From Flavobacteriales bacterium (lineage in GTDB: Bacteria > Bacteroidota > Bacteroidia > Flavobacteriales_F > PHOS-HE28): DNA of 64,000 bases. The DNA is taken from NCBI GenBank assembly GCA_035441065.1, contig DAORNP010000001.1, positions 16,300 to 80,299 of the forward strand, read 5' to 3'. A program made the position numbers and the translations under genes. This document shows, in pieces, positions 50,181 to 60,101 of the stretch; the first letter of the stretch is position 1, and every line of letters starts with the position of its first letter. Below the pieces are notes generated by a model. It did no database searches, was not told the origin of the DNA, and worked only from the letters and a program-made list of their open reading frames with translations.

Positions 50181-52001
50181 ATGCTGTCCGGCTCGCACAT
50201 CAGCCGGAATGATGGTGTCGCGATGGCCCTGGCTGCGGCGCTCTTCGGCGTGTACCTCGGGGTGCGTGCCATCCATCTGCCGTTGATCCAGGATGAGGCC
50301 AACTCATTCTGGTGGTACGTGGCCTCCGGTCGATTCCTTCCGCTGGATTCACATCTCGATGCCGGCAACCACCACCTGAGCAGCTTCTTCGGCTGGCTCG
50401 GATACTCGCTCTTCGGCGCTGAACCCATAGCGCTGCGCTTCGGCAGCTTGCTCGCCTATGCCCTTTATGCAGCCACGCTAGCTCACCTCGCACGGTACGT
50501 CCGGTCAGGCTGGATACGATGGTGCTGCTTCCTTGCACTCCTCACATGCCCCTTCCTGCATGAGTATTTCGCCCTGTTCAGGGGCTATGGCCTCGCCGTG
50601 GCCTTTTTCGGGCTGGCCGTGCTCCAATCTGTTATTCTGATAGAGGGCCGTAAGCCAATCAACGCGGTTTGGCTCATCGCGGCGGCAACCATGGCCGCGC
50701 TCGCAAATCTGTCCATGCTGCCTCTTTGCTTGGTCATGGTAGCAGTGGCGGCGATCCTCGGCATGCACGGCGGATTCGTTCCTGCCCGGGCTGCCCATCG
50801 AATTGGGATCGCTGCCGCAGCCCTCGGGTCATTGGCGATATTCGTCCTGCTGGCCTTCGTGTCGATGGCATTGAAGGGCCAAGGACTGCTTTACCACGGT
50901 GCCGGCAACGGCCTGCTCGCGGTGAGCGTGAATAGCCTGTGCCAAGCGATCTTCGGATGGAGCGCCTCGAAGCTCCCGATTGTTTGTGCCGCTATGGCCA
51001 TCGGTGGTTGGTTGGTTGGATTGAACGCTCTTTATCGCAAGCAGCCGGGATCAGGTGCTCTGGTTGTCGTTGGTGCATTGCTTGGAACCGAGTGCATCAT
51101 CCGCATCGCGCTGCAGGAGGTACTCGGCGTCAACTATCCGCAGGATAGGGCCGCTTTCCAGATGCTCATCTTGTTCCTGCTGCTTGCCTCATTCGCTATC
51201 GATGAACTCGGAGTGCGCTCAGCATGGGCGAAGGCTTCGGCAGTGGTGTTCTTGGCGCTGCCCATCATCACGCTCTCCAGCCTGAACGCAGAAGTGGCCA
51301 TGAACAATGGAGAGCCTGCCGTTCCGAGGCGATTCATCCATCGGCTTGCACAGCTCCAACTCGAATTGGGGCGACCTGTAATTACGGCTGTTGGCAGCAA
51401 TTTGCGGAGCGGGGTCTCCTTCGCGCAATTCCGCGACGCCGCCTTCATTCAAGAGTCAGAAGACCAGCGATTCGACCATCCAGGACAGGATTTCCGCATC
51501 GTGCGCGATACGGAGCTTCACACGGTACAGGACGGGTATCATGCGGTCGATAGCAGTACAGCCGGTTGGGTCCATCTGCTCAAGCGCGATACACCGTTGA
51601 GCCTCGACCTTGCCTTTGATTCGACCTTGACTGCTCCGATCGAAATGGGCGAGGGCTTCCGGAACATCCTTGAGCAGAGCCCGGGGCGCTTCGGCAACCG
51701 CGCGCTATATGTTCGAGTCACGGGGAATCTGCACCGGAGGCTTGACCATGGGGAATTGCACTTCGTCGTTCACGACGATTACAGAGATGGTGCTGCTTAC
51801 GAGGACGGGACCGACTTAAGGAAGCTGAGGTTGCAATGGGCTGGCGAACCCTTCGATATCATGCGTCGGCTGCCCGCCGCTGAAGTGGTCGAAGGAACGC
51901 GGTGCTTCTTCTGGAATACGACATCGATGCCGGTCCAGATGACTGATGTGCGGATCCGGGTCTATGTCACTGGACAGCCTGACCCAATCTCCGAATCTTG
52001 A
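50181..52001 (+). CDS. Polytopic membrane glycosyltransferase, GT-C fold, PMT/ArnT-like (paralog A of a 4-member family in this window).
   Basis: ~12 TM N-terminal domain with loop-1 motif PLIQDEANSFWWYV...DAGNHHLSSFFGWLGYSLFG, resembling the PMT/GT39 DE-loop (FDEVHFGKF...DVHPPL). ~250-aa soluble C-terminal domain. Start is 2 nt after the scoA stop. Confidence 0.55.
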   Translation: MLSGSHISRNDGVAMALAAALFGVYLGVRAIHLPLIQDEANSFWWYVASGRFLPLDSHLDAGNHHLSSFFGWLGYSLFGAEPIALRFGSLLAYALYAATLAHLARYVRSGWIRWCCFLALLTCPFLHEYFALFRGYGLAVAFFGLAVLQSVILIEGRKPINAVWLIAAATMAALANLSMLPLCLVMVAVAAILGMHGGFVPARAAHRIGIAAAALGSLAIFVLLAFVSMALKGQGLLYHGAGNGLLAVSVNSLCQAIFGWSASKLPIVCAAMAIGGWLVGLNALYRKQPGSGALVVVGALLGTECIIRIALQEVLGVNYPQDRAAFQMLILFLLLASFAIDELGVRSAWAKASAVVFLALPIITLSSLNAEVAMNNGEPAVPRRFIHRLAQLQLELGRPVITAVGSNLRSGVSFAQFRDAAFIQESEDQRFDHPGQDFRIVRDTELHTVQDGYHAVDSSTAGWVHLLKRDTPLSLDLAFDSTLTAPIEMGEGFRNILEQSPGRFGNRALYVRVTGNLHRRLDHGELHFVVHDDYRDGAAYEDGTDLRKLRLQWAGEPFDIMRRLPAAEVVEGTRCFFWNTTSMPVQMTDVRIRVYVTGQPDPISES

Positions 52002-52028
52002 GGCTCACATGAGCAGCACACGCATCTG

Positions 52029-53750
52029 TTGGTCGCGCTGGCGTTCCTGTACCTGCTGTTGCGCGCTGCACTCGTCCCCCTCGCCCACGACGAGGCCGCC
52101 ACCTTCCAGACCTATGTGCTCACGGGCAATTACCTCCCCTACCTCGCGCATTGGGATGCCGGCAACCATCTGCTGGTAACCGCCGTGGCGCGCGGCAGCT
52201 ACTTGCTCTTCGGCGATGGGCCGCTTGCGCTGCGCGGTTTCCCGGTGCTCTGTTTCTTATTGTGGGCCTGGTATGCGCTGCGCTTCGCACTGCTCTTGGA
52301 GGAGCGCATGATCCGCTGCGCGCTATTCACAGCGCTCCTGCTCATGCCCTTCGTGGCCGAGTTCTTCGCGCTTTTCAGAGGGTATGGTCCTTCGCTCGCA
52401 TTCCTGCTCATGGCATTGTTCCATGCCGTTCGTTTCACTGCGGAGGCGCGCCGCACAGACCTCGTCCTCTTGCTCGTCGCCATGCTGCTCGCTTGCGCGG
52501 CATCGCTCACGCTGATCATGTTCTGGTGCATGCTGCTCGCCGGAAGCGCCGTGGTGCTGCTCCGGAACAGGCGGCGCGATGCATCCGCTTGGGCGGCCTT
52601 GCTGATCATCGGCGCGCTGCCCCTGCTCCTCGCGGCCCACTACTCCTTCGAGCTCTCGGCGCGCGGGCTGCTGTATTACGGCACGGGGGATGGGCTGCTC
52701 TCGGGTACACTGGCCTCCTTGTCCAAGTGGGTGTTGGGCATCGGCGATGGTTCCATTGGCGCGTTGATCATGCTCTTGCCCATTCCCATCGGAGCCTGGG
52801 CCTTGCGTGCGGGTCGGCATCGTATGGTGATCAGTGGCCTGATGCTGCTCATCCTCGGGGAATTGCTGGGGCGCTTCATCCTTGCCGAAGCTTTCGGTGT
52901 GCTGTACCCGCAGGATCGCACAGCCATGCATCTGGTGCCTGTGCTCCTGCTGCTCTTCGCGTTCTCGGTTTCCGCGCTGACCAACGAACATGCTTGGTGG
53001 CCATGGGCCTCAGTCATCCTGTTCGTCCTGCCATTGCGAACGGCGATGGGCCTCAACTTCGATCGCACCTCATTCTGGCCGGAACAAGCCATCCCCGCAG
53101 GCGTATTCGAGGCGGTGATGGATCGTCAGGCGCAACTCACCCGGCCGTTGGTCATCGGCGGCTACCACCAGCATGCGGCGGTTTGGGCCTATGGCAGCAT
53201 GCGCCGCAATGGGTCCTTGCCCATGCTCGACGTGAATGGTTTCCCGCAGCCCACCTGTGACCTGATGCTCATCGATCGCAGCTATTTCCAGGCGCCTCCG
53301 GGGTTCAGCGTGATCACGGAAGCGCCGCACGGCAAGCTCACGCTCATGCAACGCGATCCGCCTTTGGTCACCACCATCGTGATGGACACCGCGCTCATCG
53401 TTCAACCAACCGATGCGGAATTCATCGAGCTCCTGGTCGTCGAGGGCGTCCCGTGGTTCGCTGAAGAATCCCTCATCGAGGTGGATGCGGTGCTCCGGAG
53501 CGTGTCGGCACCCTTGGACGTTCGCCTGGTGGTTGAGGTGAAGGCCGCCGATGGCACAAGCCTGCATTACGATGTGGTGGATGCGCAGCGCGTGCGCGCG
53601 CAATGGCAAGGCGAGGATTGGCGCGAGATCCGGCGCGCGCCCGCTCATCCCAACGCGTCCCGATTGGTGTGCTACCTCTGGAATCCGCAACGGCATGTCT
53701 TCAGCGCCGACCATGTGCAGGTGAGGGCGCATCGTGTCCTCGACCCATGA
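52029..53750 (+). CDS. GT-C PMT/ArnT-like membrane glycosyltransferase paralog B (TTG start per ORF track; N-terminus ~8 aa shorter than paralogs).
   Basis: PLAHDEAATFQTYV...DAGNHLLVTAVARGSYLLFG; same architecture as paralog A. Confidence 0.5.
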   Translation: MVALAFLYLLLRAALVPLAHDEAATFQTYVLTGNYLPYLAHWDAGNHLLVTAVARGSYLLFGDGPLALRGFPVLCFLLWAWYALRFALLLEERMIRCALFTALLLMPFVAEFFALFRGYGPSLAFLLMALFHAVRFTAEARRTDLVLLLVAMLLACAASLTLIMFWCMLLAGSAVVLLRNRRRDASAWAALLIIGALPLLLAAHYSFELSARGLLYYGTGDGLLSGTLASLSKWVLGIGDGSIGALIMLLPIPIGAWALRAGRHRMVISGLMLLILGELLGRFILAEAFGVLYPQDRTAMHLVPVLLLLFAFSVSALTNEHAWWPWASVILFVLPLRTAMGLNFDRTSFWPEQAIPAGVFEAVMDRQAQLTRPLVIGGYHQHAAVWAYGSMRRNGSLPMLDVNGFPQPTCDLMLIDRSYFQAPPGFSVITEAPHGKLTLMQRDPPLVTTIVMDTALIVQPTDAEFIELLVVEGVPWFAEESLIEVDAVLRSVSAPLDVRLVVEVKAADGTSLHYDVVDAQRVRAQWQGEDWREIRRAPAHPNASRLVCYLWNPQRHVFSADHVQVRAHRVLDP

Positions 53751-55501
53751 CGGATTCGCCAGCCTCCTCGCGCGAAGGCGTGGTCTTCTTCGGGCTTGCG
53801 GCCCTGATGCTCATGTACGTGGTGCTGCGCGCGGCGTACGTGCCTTTCGTCCACGACGAAGCCACCTCCTTCATCGCCTATGCGCAACCCGGCACCTTCC
53901 TGCCCTTCGCCTCGATGTGGGATGCGAACAACCATTTCCTCAATAGCCTATGCGGACATGCCGGATACCGTCTGTTCGGATTGCATCCGCTCGCCTTGCG
54001 CTGGGCCAGCGTACTGAGCTATGTGCTGTTCGCCTGGTGCGCATGGCACTTGGGCGAGCGCATCGGTCGGCCCATCATCCGATGGTTGCTCTGGCTGGCG
54101 TTGCTGGCCTGTCCCTTCCTGCTCGATTTCTTCTCGCTCTTCCGCGGGTACGGACCCGCCATGGCCCTGCTGCTCCTTGCTGTGTATCAGGCATCGTGCT
54201 ACCTCGAATCCCGCTCGGAGCGGAGCCTGGCGGTGAGCCTCTTGGCCATGAGCGCCGCAATGGGCTTCATGCTGGGCCTTCTTCCCCTGGCATTGGTGCT
54301 GCAGCTGGCGCTCTTCACGGCTGCCTATCGCGTGCGGCGTCACACCGTGATCGGCATCGCACTGGGATTGATTCCGCTGCTCCTGATCGCTTTGCTCGCC
54401 AAGCACATGGCCGCTCTCGGATTGCTCTACCATGGCGGCACCGACGGCTATGCCAGCACAACCATCGGCTCATTGCTCAAGTTCACGTTCGGCGTTGTTG
54501 GCGAAGGCAGGCCCCAATGGCTTGTGCTGTTCACGACGTTCTTAACGGCACTGCTTATTTGGATGCAGCGTCGTGCGGGCATACCGCATCACCTCATGCT
54601 TGTCGCGGCAATGCTCTGGGGCGAATGGGCCTTGCGCTGGTTGCTGGCGTGCACCATCGGCCTGAACTACGCCGAGGACCGCACCGCCCTGCATGTGCTC
54701 GTGCTCTTCATCTTGTTCGTCGCGTTCACCGCTGATGCATTGCGACGCCTGCATGCGGCTGCTTGGCTATTGGCAATCCCCCTGCTCGCATTGCCGCTGC
54801 GCGTGGCGTTCACGGCCAACCTCGATCGCACAGCCCTCTGGCCCGAGCAATCCATCCCCGGTCGGTTCATGGCACGCATCGAAGCGCTGGAGAAGGAACT
54901 CGATCGCCCGGCCATCGTGGGCGCGCATCGCCTGGCAACGATGCCCTTCGGACTGCAGCGCCGATTGCGGGGCGGCGAGGGCGATGCCACGGCGGCGAAC
55001 TGGCCAAACGCATTGGCCGATGCACGGATCGAAATGCTCGGCGTGCCATTCGATAACGACCAGCGCTTCGCACTTGCCGATAGCGCATCGAATGGACTCC
55101 GTTTGTATGTGCGTTCGCCCATGTGGCATTCAACCCTGCAACGCGATAGCGCATTTGCTATGGAATCGGACGGTGGCATGCGGTCCGTGGGCCTCCCGAT
55201 TCCCGCACAACTCATTCAAGCGAGCGATGTCATTGTTGATGTGAGCGGCTCCCTGCGAGCCACCAGCACGCTCGACCTGCGCGCCTGCGTAGCCGTGTAC
55301 GACAGCACTGGTGCCGTTCTTCATGTGGACCACTTGATGCTCACCACCCGGCGCGCGCTTTGGAACGGCGAACACTGGCGAACAGCATTGGCGATTCCGC
55401 GTGAGCCGCTTGCAGCGCGCGCCGAGTTCTTCCTCTGGGAGATCGGCCACGGGCCCTTCAAGCTGAGCCAAGGTCGCATGCGCGTGCATGCGATGCGTTG
55501 A
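53747..55501 (+). CDS. GT-C PMT/ArnT-like membrane glycosyltransferase paralog C.
   Basis: Start ATG 53747 overlaps the paralog-B stop (ATGA at 53747..53750). [14 protein letters not shown]...[20 protein letters not shown]. The ORF track's upstream start at 53603 is rejected as an overlap. Confidence 0.55.
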   Translation: MTDSPASSREGVVFFGLAALMLMYVVLRAAYVPFVHDEATSFIAYAQPGTFLPFASMWDANNHFLNSLCGHAGYRLFGLHPLALRWASVLSYVLFAWCAWHLGERIGRPIIRWLLWLALLACPFLLDFFSLFRGYGPAMALLLLAVYQASCYLESRSERSLAVSLLAMSAAMGFMLGLLPLALVLQLALFTAAYRVRRHTVIGIALGLIPLLLIALLAKHMAALGLLYHGGTDGYASTTIGSLLKFTFGVVGEGRPQWLVLFTTFLTALLIWMQRRAGIPHHLMLVAAMLWGEWALRWLLACTIGLNYAEDRTALHVLVLFILFVAFTADALRRLHAAAWLLAIPLLALPLRVAFTANLDRTALWPEQSIPGRFMARIEALEKELDRPAIVGAHRLATMPFGLQRRLRGGEGDATAANWPNALADARIEMLGVPFDNDQRFALADSASNGLRLYVRSPMWHSTLQRDSAFAMESDGGMRSVGLPIPAQLIQASDVIVDVSGSLRATSTLDLRACVAVYDSTGAVLHVDHLMLTTRRALWNGEHWRTALAIPREPLAARAEFFLWEIGHGPFKLSQGRMRVHAMR

Positions 55502-55557
55502 GTGGGCGATTCGTTGCGGTGGTTGTCGGCTTCTACATTTGGCGCAACCCAACTTGC

Positions 55558-56214
55558 ATGGCGCTCACCAAAGACCAGATGGCCAAGCGCATCGCGCGCG
55601 AGCTGAAGGATGGCTACTACGTGAACCTCGGCATCGGCATTCCCACCCTGGTGGCCAACTACATCCCAGAGGGGATCAACGTGGTGCTGCAAAGCGAGAA
55701 CGGGATCCTCGGCATGGGGCCCTTCCCTTATGAAGGCGAGGAGGACGCCGACCTGATCAATGCCGGCAAGCAGACCGTGACCCTGCTGGGCGGCAGCAGC
55801 ATCTTCGACAGCGCCACCAGCTTCGCGATGATCCGCGGGCAGCATGTGCAGCTCACGGTGCTCGGCGCCATGGAGGTGAGCGACACCGGCGACATCGCCA
55901 ACTGGATGATCCCCGGCAAGATGGTGAAGGGCATGGGCGGCGCCATGGACCTGGTGGCGAGCGCCGACAACATCATCGTGTGCATGATGCACGCCAACAA
56001 GGCCGGCGAGAGCAAGCTCTTGAAGAAATGCACCCTTCCGCTCACCGGCGTGGGCTGCGTGAAGAAAGTGGTCACCGACCTTGGCGTGTTCGACATCACC
56101 CCCGACGGCTTCAAGCTCCTGGAGCGCGCGCCCGGCGTGAGCGTGGAGGAGATCAAGGCGAAGACGGAGGGACGGCTGGTGGTGGAGGGAGAGATCAAAG
56201 AGATGAGTGTGTGA
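55558..56214 (+). CDS. scoB: Succinyl-CoA:3-ketoacid CoA-transferase subunit B.
   Basis: [37 protein letters not shown]...SENG (catalytic Glu in the SENG motif). ATG verified at 55558. Confidence 0.85.
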   Translation: MALTKDQMAKRIARELKDGYYVNLGIGIPTLVANYIPEGINVVLQSENGILGMGPFPYEGEEDADLINAGKQTVTLLGGSSIFDSATSFAMIRGQHVQLTVLGAMEVSDTGDIANWMIPGKMVKGMGGAMDLVASADNIIVCMMHANKAGESKLLKKCTLPLTGVGCVKKVVTDLGVFDITPDGFKLLERAPGVSVEEIKAKTEGRLVVEGEIKEMSV

Positions 56215-56223
56215 CATAGCAGC

Positions 56224-57567
56224 ATGGTCCCCAACCTACCGGACCGATTGCGCCTTTTCATCGCGCACTGCGCAGGCAACGGCCGATTCCTATGGGTGGC
56301 GTGGGCCGTTTTCTGTGGCTTCTTCAGCTGGTCCTCCATCGACTTCAACTCCAAGATTCCTTTGGAAGACTGGCGGCACGATCTGCGCGGGGACGCTTCG
56401 GGCTATTACATCTACCTGCCGGGGACCTTCCATCACGGAATGCGTGCGGCCGATATGAGCGACAGCCTTCGTGTGGTCGCGGGCCTCGGATTCACCTTGG
56501 ACCGGGAGAACGACCGCATCATTACCAAGTACACCTGTGCACCAGCCATCCTCATGCTCCCCTTTTACCTGCTGGCGGAAGCCATCGAGGGATGGGGCGT
56601 GAGCGATGGCTGGAGCCGTACGCATCATCAGACCATCGAGCTGGGCGCGGTGTTCTATTGGTCGTTGGGACTGATGCTCCTCGCCGGATCACTCATGCGG
56701 CGCCTGCCCACTGTGCCAGTGGTCGCCATACTGTGCGTGGCAGCGATCGCTTTCGGCACGAACTCCTTCTACTACGCCTTCAGGGCGCCGGCTTTCTCGC
56801 ATGTGTATTCGTTCTTCCTCGTGTGCCTGGCCATCCACGCGATCTACGTGGATCCCGGGCGGCCCATGCGGAAGGGCATGCGGTGGCTCTTCTTAATCGC
56901 CTGTGCCATGATCGTCGCGGTGCGGCCCATCGACGTGGTGGCGGCACTGGCATTGGTTGGGCTGTTGGGCATTGAGCGGCCCGGTGAACTACGGCAACCT
57001 GGCTTCTATCCGGCCGGGGTGCTGGCATGCGCGCTGGTGGCTGCGCCGCAACTCCTCTTCTGGAAGTTCGCGCATGGCCATTGGCTCGTGTACAGTTACG
57101 GGGAAGAAGGGTTCACAAACTGGGCATCGCCTTACATCAAGGAAGTGCTGATGGCACCCAGGAACGGGCTTCTTCCGCATGCCCCCGCGCTCTTCTTGTT
57201 GCCGTTGGGGCTGTGGGCGCAATGGCGCGTTGATAAGCGCGTGGCGCTCCTGTTGGCTGCGACATTCGCCATCATCCTCTATTCCTTCGCAGCATGGCAT
57301 TCCTGGGATTTCGGCTGCAGCTATGGCATGCGGCCCTTCGTGCAGTACACGCCCTTCGCGGCCCTGTTCACCTGGCCGCTATTGCACATGCTGCATGCGC
57401 GTTGGCCGCCTGTGTTCTGGTCGTTGGCCATCGTGCTCGTGTTGGTGAGTTTCGTGAATTACAGGGCCATGCTCGAATACGACGGCTGCAATCTGTGGCC
57501 CTTCTGGGATTGGCTACCCTTCGGCCGCAACCTGTGGGAGGCCTTCTTTGGCCGGTTCCCATGCTAG
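56224..57567 (+). CDS. Polytopic integral membrane protein of unknown function (possibly another GT-C-like or polymerase/ligase-like transferase).
   Basis: 447 aa, >=10 predicted hydrophobic helices, Trp/Tyr-rich loops. Immediately follows scoB and precedes the GT2 gene. Confidence 0.35.
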   Translation: MVPNLPDRLRLFIAHCAGNGRFLWVAWAVFCGFFSWSSIDFNSKIPLEDWRHDLRGDASGYYIYLPGTFHHGMRAADMSDSLRVVAGLGFTLDRENDRIITKYTCAPAILMLPFYLLAEAIEGWGVSDGWSRTHHQTIELGAVFYWSLGLMLLAGSLMRRLPTVPVVAILCVAAIAFGTNSFYYAFRAPAFSHVYSFFLVCLAIHAIYVDPGRPMRKGMRWLFLIACAMIVAVRPIDVVAALALVGLLGIERPGELRQPGFYPAGVLACALVAAPQLLFWKFAHGHWLVYSYGEEGFTNWASPYIKEVLMAPRNGLLPHAPALFLLPLGLWAQWRVDKRVALLLAATFAIILYSFAAWHSWDFGCSYGMRPFVQYTPFAALFTWPLLHMLHARWPPVFWSLAIVLVLVSFVNYRAMLEYDGCNLWPFWDWLPFGRNLWEAFFGRFPC

Positions 57568-57625
57568 AGGCTGGTCTACTTTCGCGCCCCCTGCGCGCGA
57601 TCGTCCGCAGGGAGCCTTCCAAAGC

Positions 57626-58336
57626 ATGATCCGTACGCTTTCCATCATCATCCCCGCTTATAACGAGGAGCGCACCATCCACCTGATCCTGGACAAGGTG
57701 CGCGATGTGGTGCTTGCTCAAGGCATCCAGAAGGAGGTGGTAATCGTGAATGATGGCTCGAAGGATGGCACTGCCGCAGCGATCTCGCAATACATGGAGG
57801 CGAACCCGCAGCTTGGGATCCGATTCTATGAGCAGCCGCGCAACATGGGCAAGGGTGCCGCCATCCATCGCGGCATCCAGGAGGCCACGGGCGAGTACCT
57901 CATCGTGCAGGATGCCGACCTCGAATACGATCCGCGCGAGTACAATGACCTGCTCAGGCCCGTGCTCGAAGGGTTCGCCGACGTGGTCTTCGGCTCGCGC
58001 TTCATGGGCCACCACCCGCACCGCATCCTCTTCTTTTGGCACAGCATCGGCAACAAGTTCCTCACCTCCCTCTCCAACGCGTTCAACAATTTGAACCTGA
58101 CGGACATGGAGACCTGCTACAAGCTCATCCGCAGCGACATCGCCAAAGGACTTGTGCTGAAAGAGAAGCGCTTCGGATTCGAACCGGAGGTCACCGCCAA
58201 GCTCGCGCGGGTGAAGGGCGTCCGCATCTACGAGGTGGGTATCAGCTACTACGGCCGCACTTACGCAGAGGGCAAGAAGATCGGCTGGAAGGACGGCTTC
58301 CGCGCCATCTGGTGCATCGTGAAGTATGGGCTCTAG
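57626..58336 (+). CDS. GT2 family polyprenyl-phosphate sugar synthase (DPM1/ArnC/GtrB-like).
   Basis: [14 protein letters not shown]...[11 protein letters not shown]...[13 protein letters not shown] (DxD)...VVFGSRF...[11 protein letters not shown]: diagnostic of dolichyl/undecaprenyl-phosphate glycosyltransferases. ATG verified at 57626. Confidence 0.85.
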   Translation: MIRTLSIIIPAYNEERTIHLILDKVRDVVLAQGIQKEVVIVNDGSKDGTAAAISQYMEANPQLGIRFYEQPRNMGKGAAIHRGIQEATGEYLIVQDADLEYDPREYNDLLRPVLEGFADVVFGSRFMGHHPHRILFFWHSIGNKFLTSLSNAFNNLNLTDMETCYKLIRSDIAKGLVLKEKRFGFEPEVTAKLARVKGVRIYEVGISYYGRTYAEGKKIGWKDGFRAIWCIVKYGL

Positions 58337-58340
58337 CGCA

Positions 58341-60101
58341 TCACTGCGCCTGCTGCTGATCGAGCCAGATCATGTACTCCGAATTCCGGCGCAGCGCTTC
58401 ATCAATCGACTCGTGCTTCCAGAATGCCTGCCTGCGCACCGAGGCGAACCAGGCCTCATCGCCCCGTATCAACTGGTCATAGTACTCCAGGTCCTTCTCG
58501 GCGGGAAGCACGGCACGCAGCGGCTCTGCTTCCGAAGCCTTGGCCAATGAGTCATCGGTTGCGATCACGCGATACTGGAACAAGCGCGTTCCGCGAAGCA
58601 CGATCGGCTCAGACACGGCGAGCGGCATGTCGACACCTTGAAGCCGCATCACATCACCGCGCCATTCGACCAGTTGCTGCAACATGCCCGTGCGGCTGAA
58701 GACCATGACGCCCTGCTTGTGCGTTGCGAGCAATTCAACCGCCTCCTCCGGCTTGAAGCCTTCGTGCTTGGCGCCGCCCACCACCATGGTATTCGGAAGA
58801 GCATGCAGCAGGATGTAGTAGCTGGCATCCCACGAGTGGAAGTCAAGGATCAATCCATCGCCCGCCCGCGCCTGCGCATTGATCACCGCCAACAAGGCCT
58901 CAGTGTCGTTCCCGTAGAGCCTGGGCACCACCTGCATCTCGCGGTAATGACCGAGCACAAGTCCGTCCATCGCAGTGCTCAGCGCACGTTCGCCCAATAG
59001 TTTGGTGAAATCAACCTTGCCGAACACAAAAGCGAATGGCAGGGTGACGATGATGCCCAACGGCATGATCACCCTGTGGATAGCCCGCCAGCGCAACGCG
59101 GTAAAGACGAGCGCGACGAAGGGCAGCAGGAGGATCAACCAGGTCACCAAGAAGCGATGGTGGAGCATGAGTGATCCTTCCCAGGCTTTCTTCTGGAAGA
59201 TGATGGCCATTGCGGCGAAGGGGATCAGCCAGATCCATTGCGGGCCAGTGAGCTTTCGACGGATGGCGGCAAGGAAGGTCGCAAACAGCAGCAACAGCGC
59301 GCACACCGGTGAGCTGTTCAGCACGAAGGACCAGCCGAAGAAGATCACGCGCTGGATCCGTGTGGCCTTCGTCACATCGTCGTTGATGCCCTCCTTGCCC
59401 ATGTTCCACTCGTCGTTCTGGTTCACGCTGTAAAGCGCATCGCCGAACTCGATCTGGTTGCCCACCATCCACACCGCCGGGAAGAGCATGGCAAAGGCCC
59501 AGAACACGATCGCGATGCGCCAGCCATGCAGCAGGAGCGCTACCAGCGAGAGCGCCGCGATGAGCACCCACGCCTCATAGCGCGTAGCGGCTGCGCAGGT
59601 CATGAGCAGGCCGGCAACGGCGGCGCTCCGCCACGCACGTGGCTGTCCTTGGTTCAGCGAGAGCGCGAATAGCGCCGAGGCGAGGAAGAGGCCGTAGGTG
59701 ACCTCCGAGAGCGCCTGCAAGCTGGTCCATAGCGCGATTGGGCTGAACACGTAAAGGAGCGCTGCGAACACGGCCCCTCGCCGCGAACCGAAAACCGTGA
59801 GCGTAAAGCCATACAAGGGAATGGCCGTGAGTGATGCGGCCAGCACGCTCAGGAGCTGCGGTCCCAGCGCCTTGCCAGGGAAAATGAGCATGAAGAGCGC
59901 ATTGAGGTAATGGTGCAGCGGCCCCCAGTAACCGTGCGTGATCCAGTGCGGGTCCTGCAACCATTCCAGGGCGATGTGTATCCGGCTCACAGCGTCGGCC
60001 TGCACCGTCTGGGCCCACGGCAGCATGGTCAGGCGAACGATCAGCGCCGCTGCCGCGATCAGCAGCGCGTCATTCCGGTTGGTCCTCGGAAACAGGCTCA
60101 T
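58341..60101 (-). CDS. GT-C membrane glycosyltransferase, PMT_2/ArnT (GT39/GT83)-like, with C-terminal soluble domain.
   Basis: 586 aa; N-terminal ALLIAAAALIVRLTMLPWAQTVQADAVSRIH..., multiple TM helices, then a ~200-aa hydrophilic tail. Convergent with the GT2 gene (4-nt gap). Confidence 0.45.
   Translation of the reverse strand: MSLFPRTNRNDALLIAAAALIVRLTMLPWAQTVQADAVSRIHIALEWLQDPHWITHGYWGPLHHYLNALFMLIFPGKALGPQLLSVLAASLTAIPLYGFTLTVFGSRRGAVFAALLYVFSPIALWTSLQALSEVTYGLFLASALFALSLNQGQPRAWRSAAVAGLLMTCAAATRYEAWVLIAALSLVALLLHGWRIAIVFWAFAMLFPAVWMVGNQIEFGDALYSVNQNDEWNMGKEGINDDVTKATRIQRVIFFGWSFVLNSSPVCALLLLFATFLAAIRRKLTGPQWIWLIPFAAMAIIFQKKAWEGSLMLHHRFLVTWLILLLPFVALVFTALRWRAIHRVIMPLGIIVTLPFAFVFGKVDFTKLLGERALSTAMDGLVLGHYREMQVVPRLYGNDTEALLAVINAQARAGDGLILDFHSWDASYYILLHALPNTMVVGGAKHEGFKPEEAVELLATHKQGVMVFSRTGMLQQLVEWRGDVMRLQGVDMPLAVSEPIVLRGTRLFQYRVIATDDSLAKASEAEPLRAVLPAEKDLEYYDQLIRGDEAWFASVRRQAFWKHESIDEALRRNSEYMIWLDQQQAQ

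Noticed and set aside
53603-53750. The 632-aa ORF start at 53603 overlaps paralog B by 148 nt.
   Set aside because: An internal ATG at 53747 overlaps the paralog B stop (ATGA), and its N-terminus aligns with paralogs A and D. The upstream extension is Arg/Ala-rich, out of character, and taken to be non-coding in that frame.
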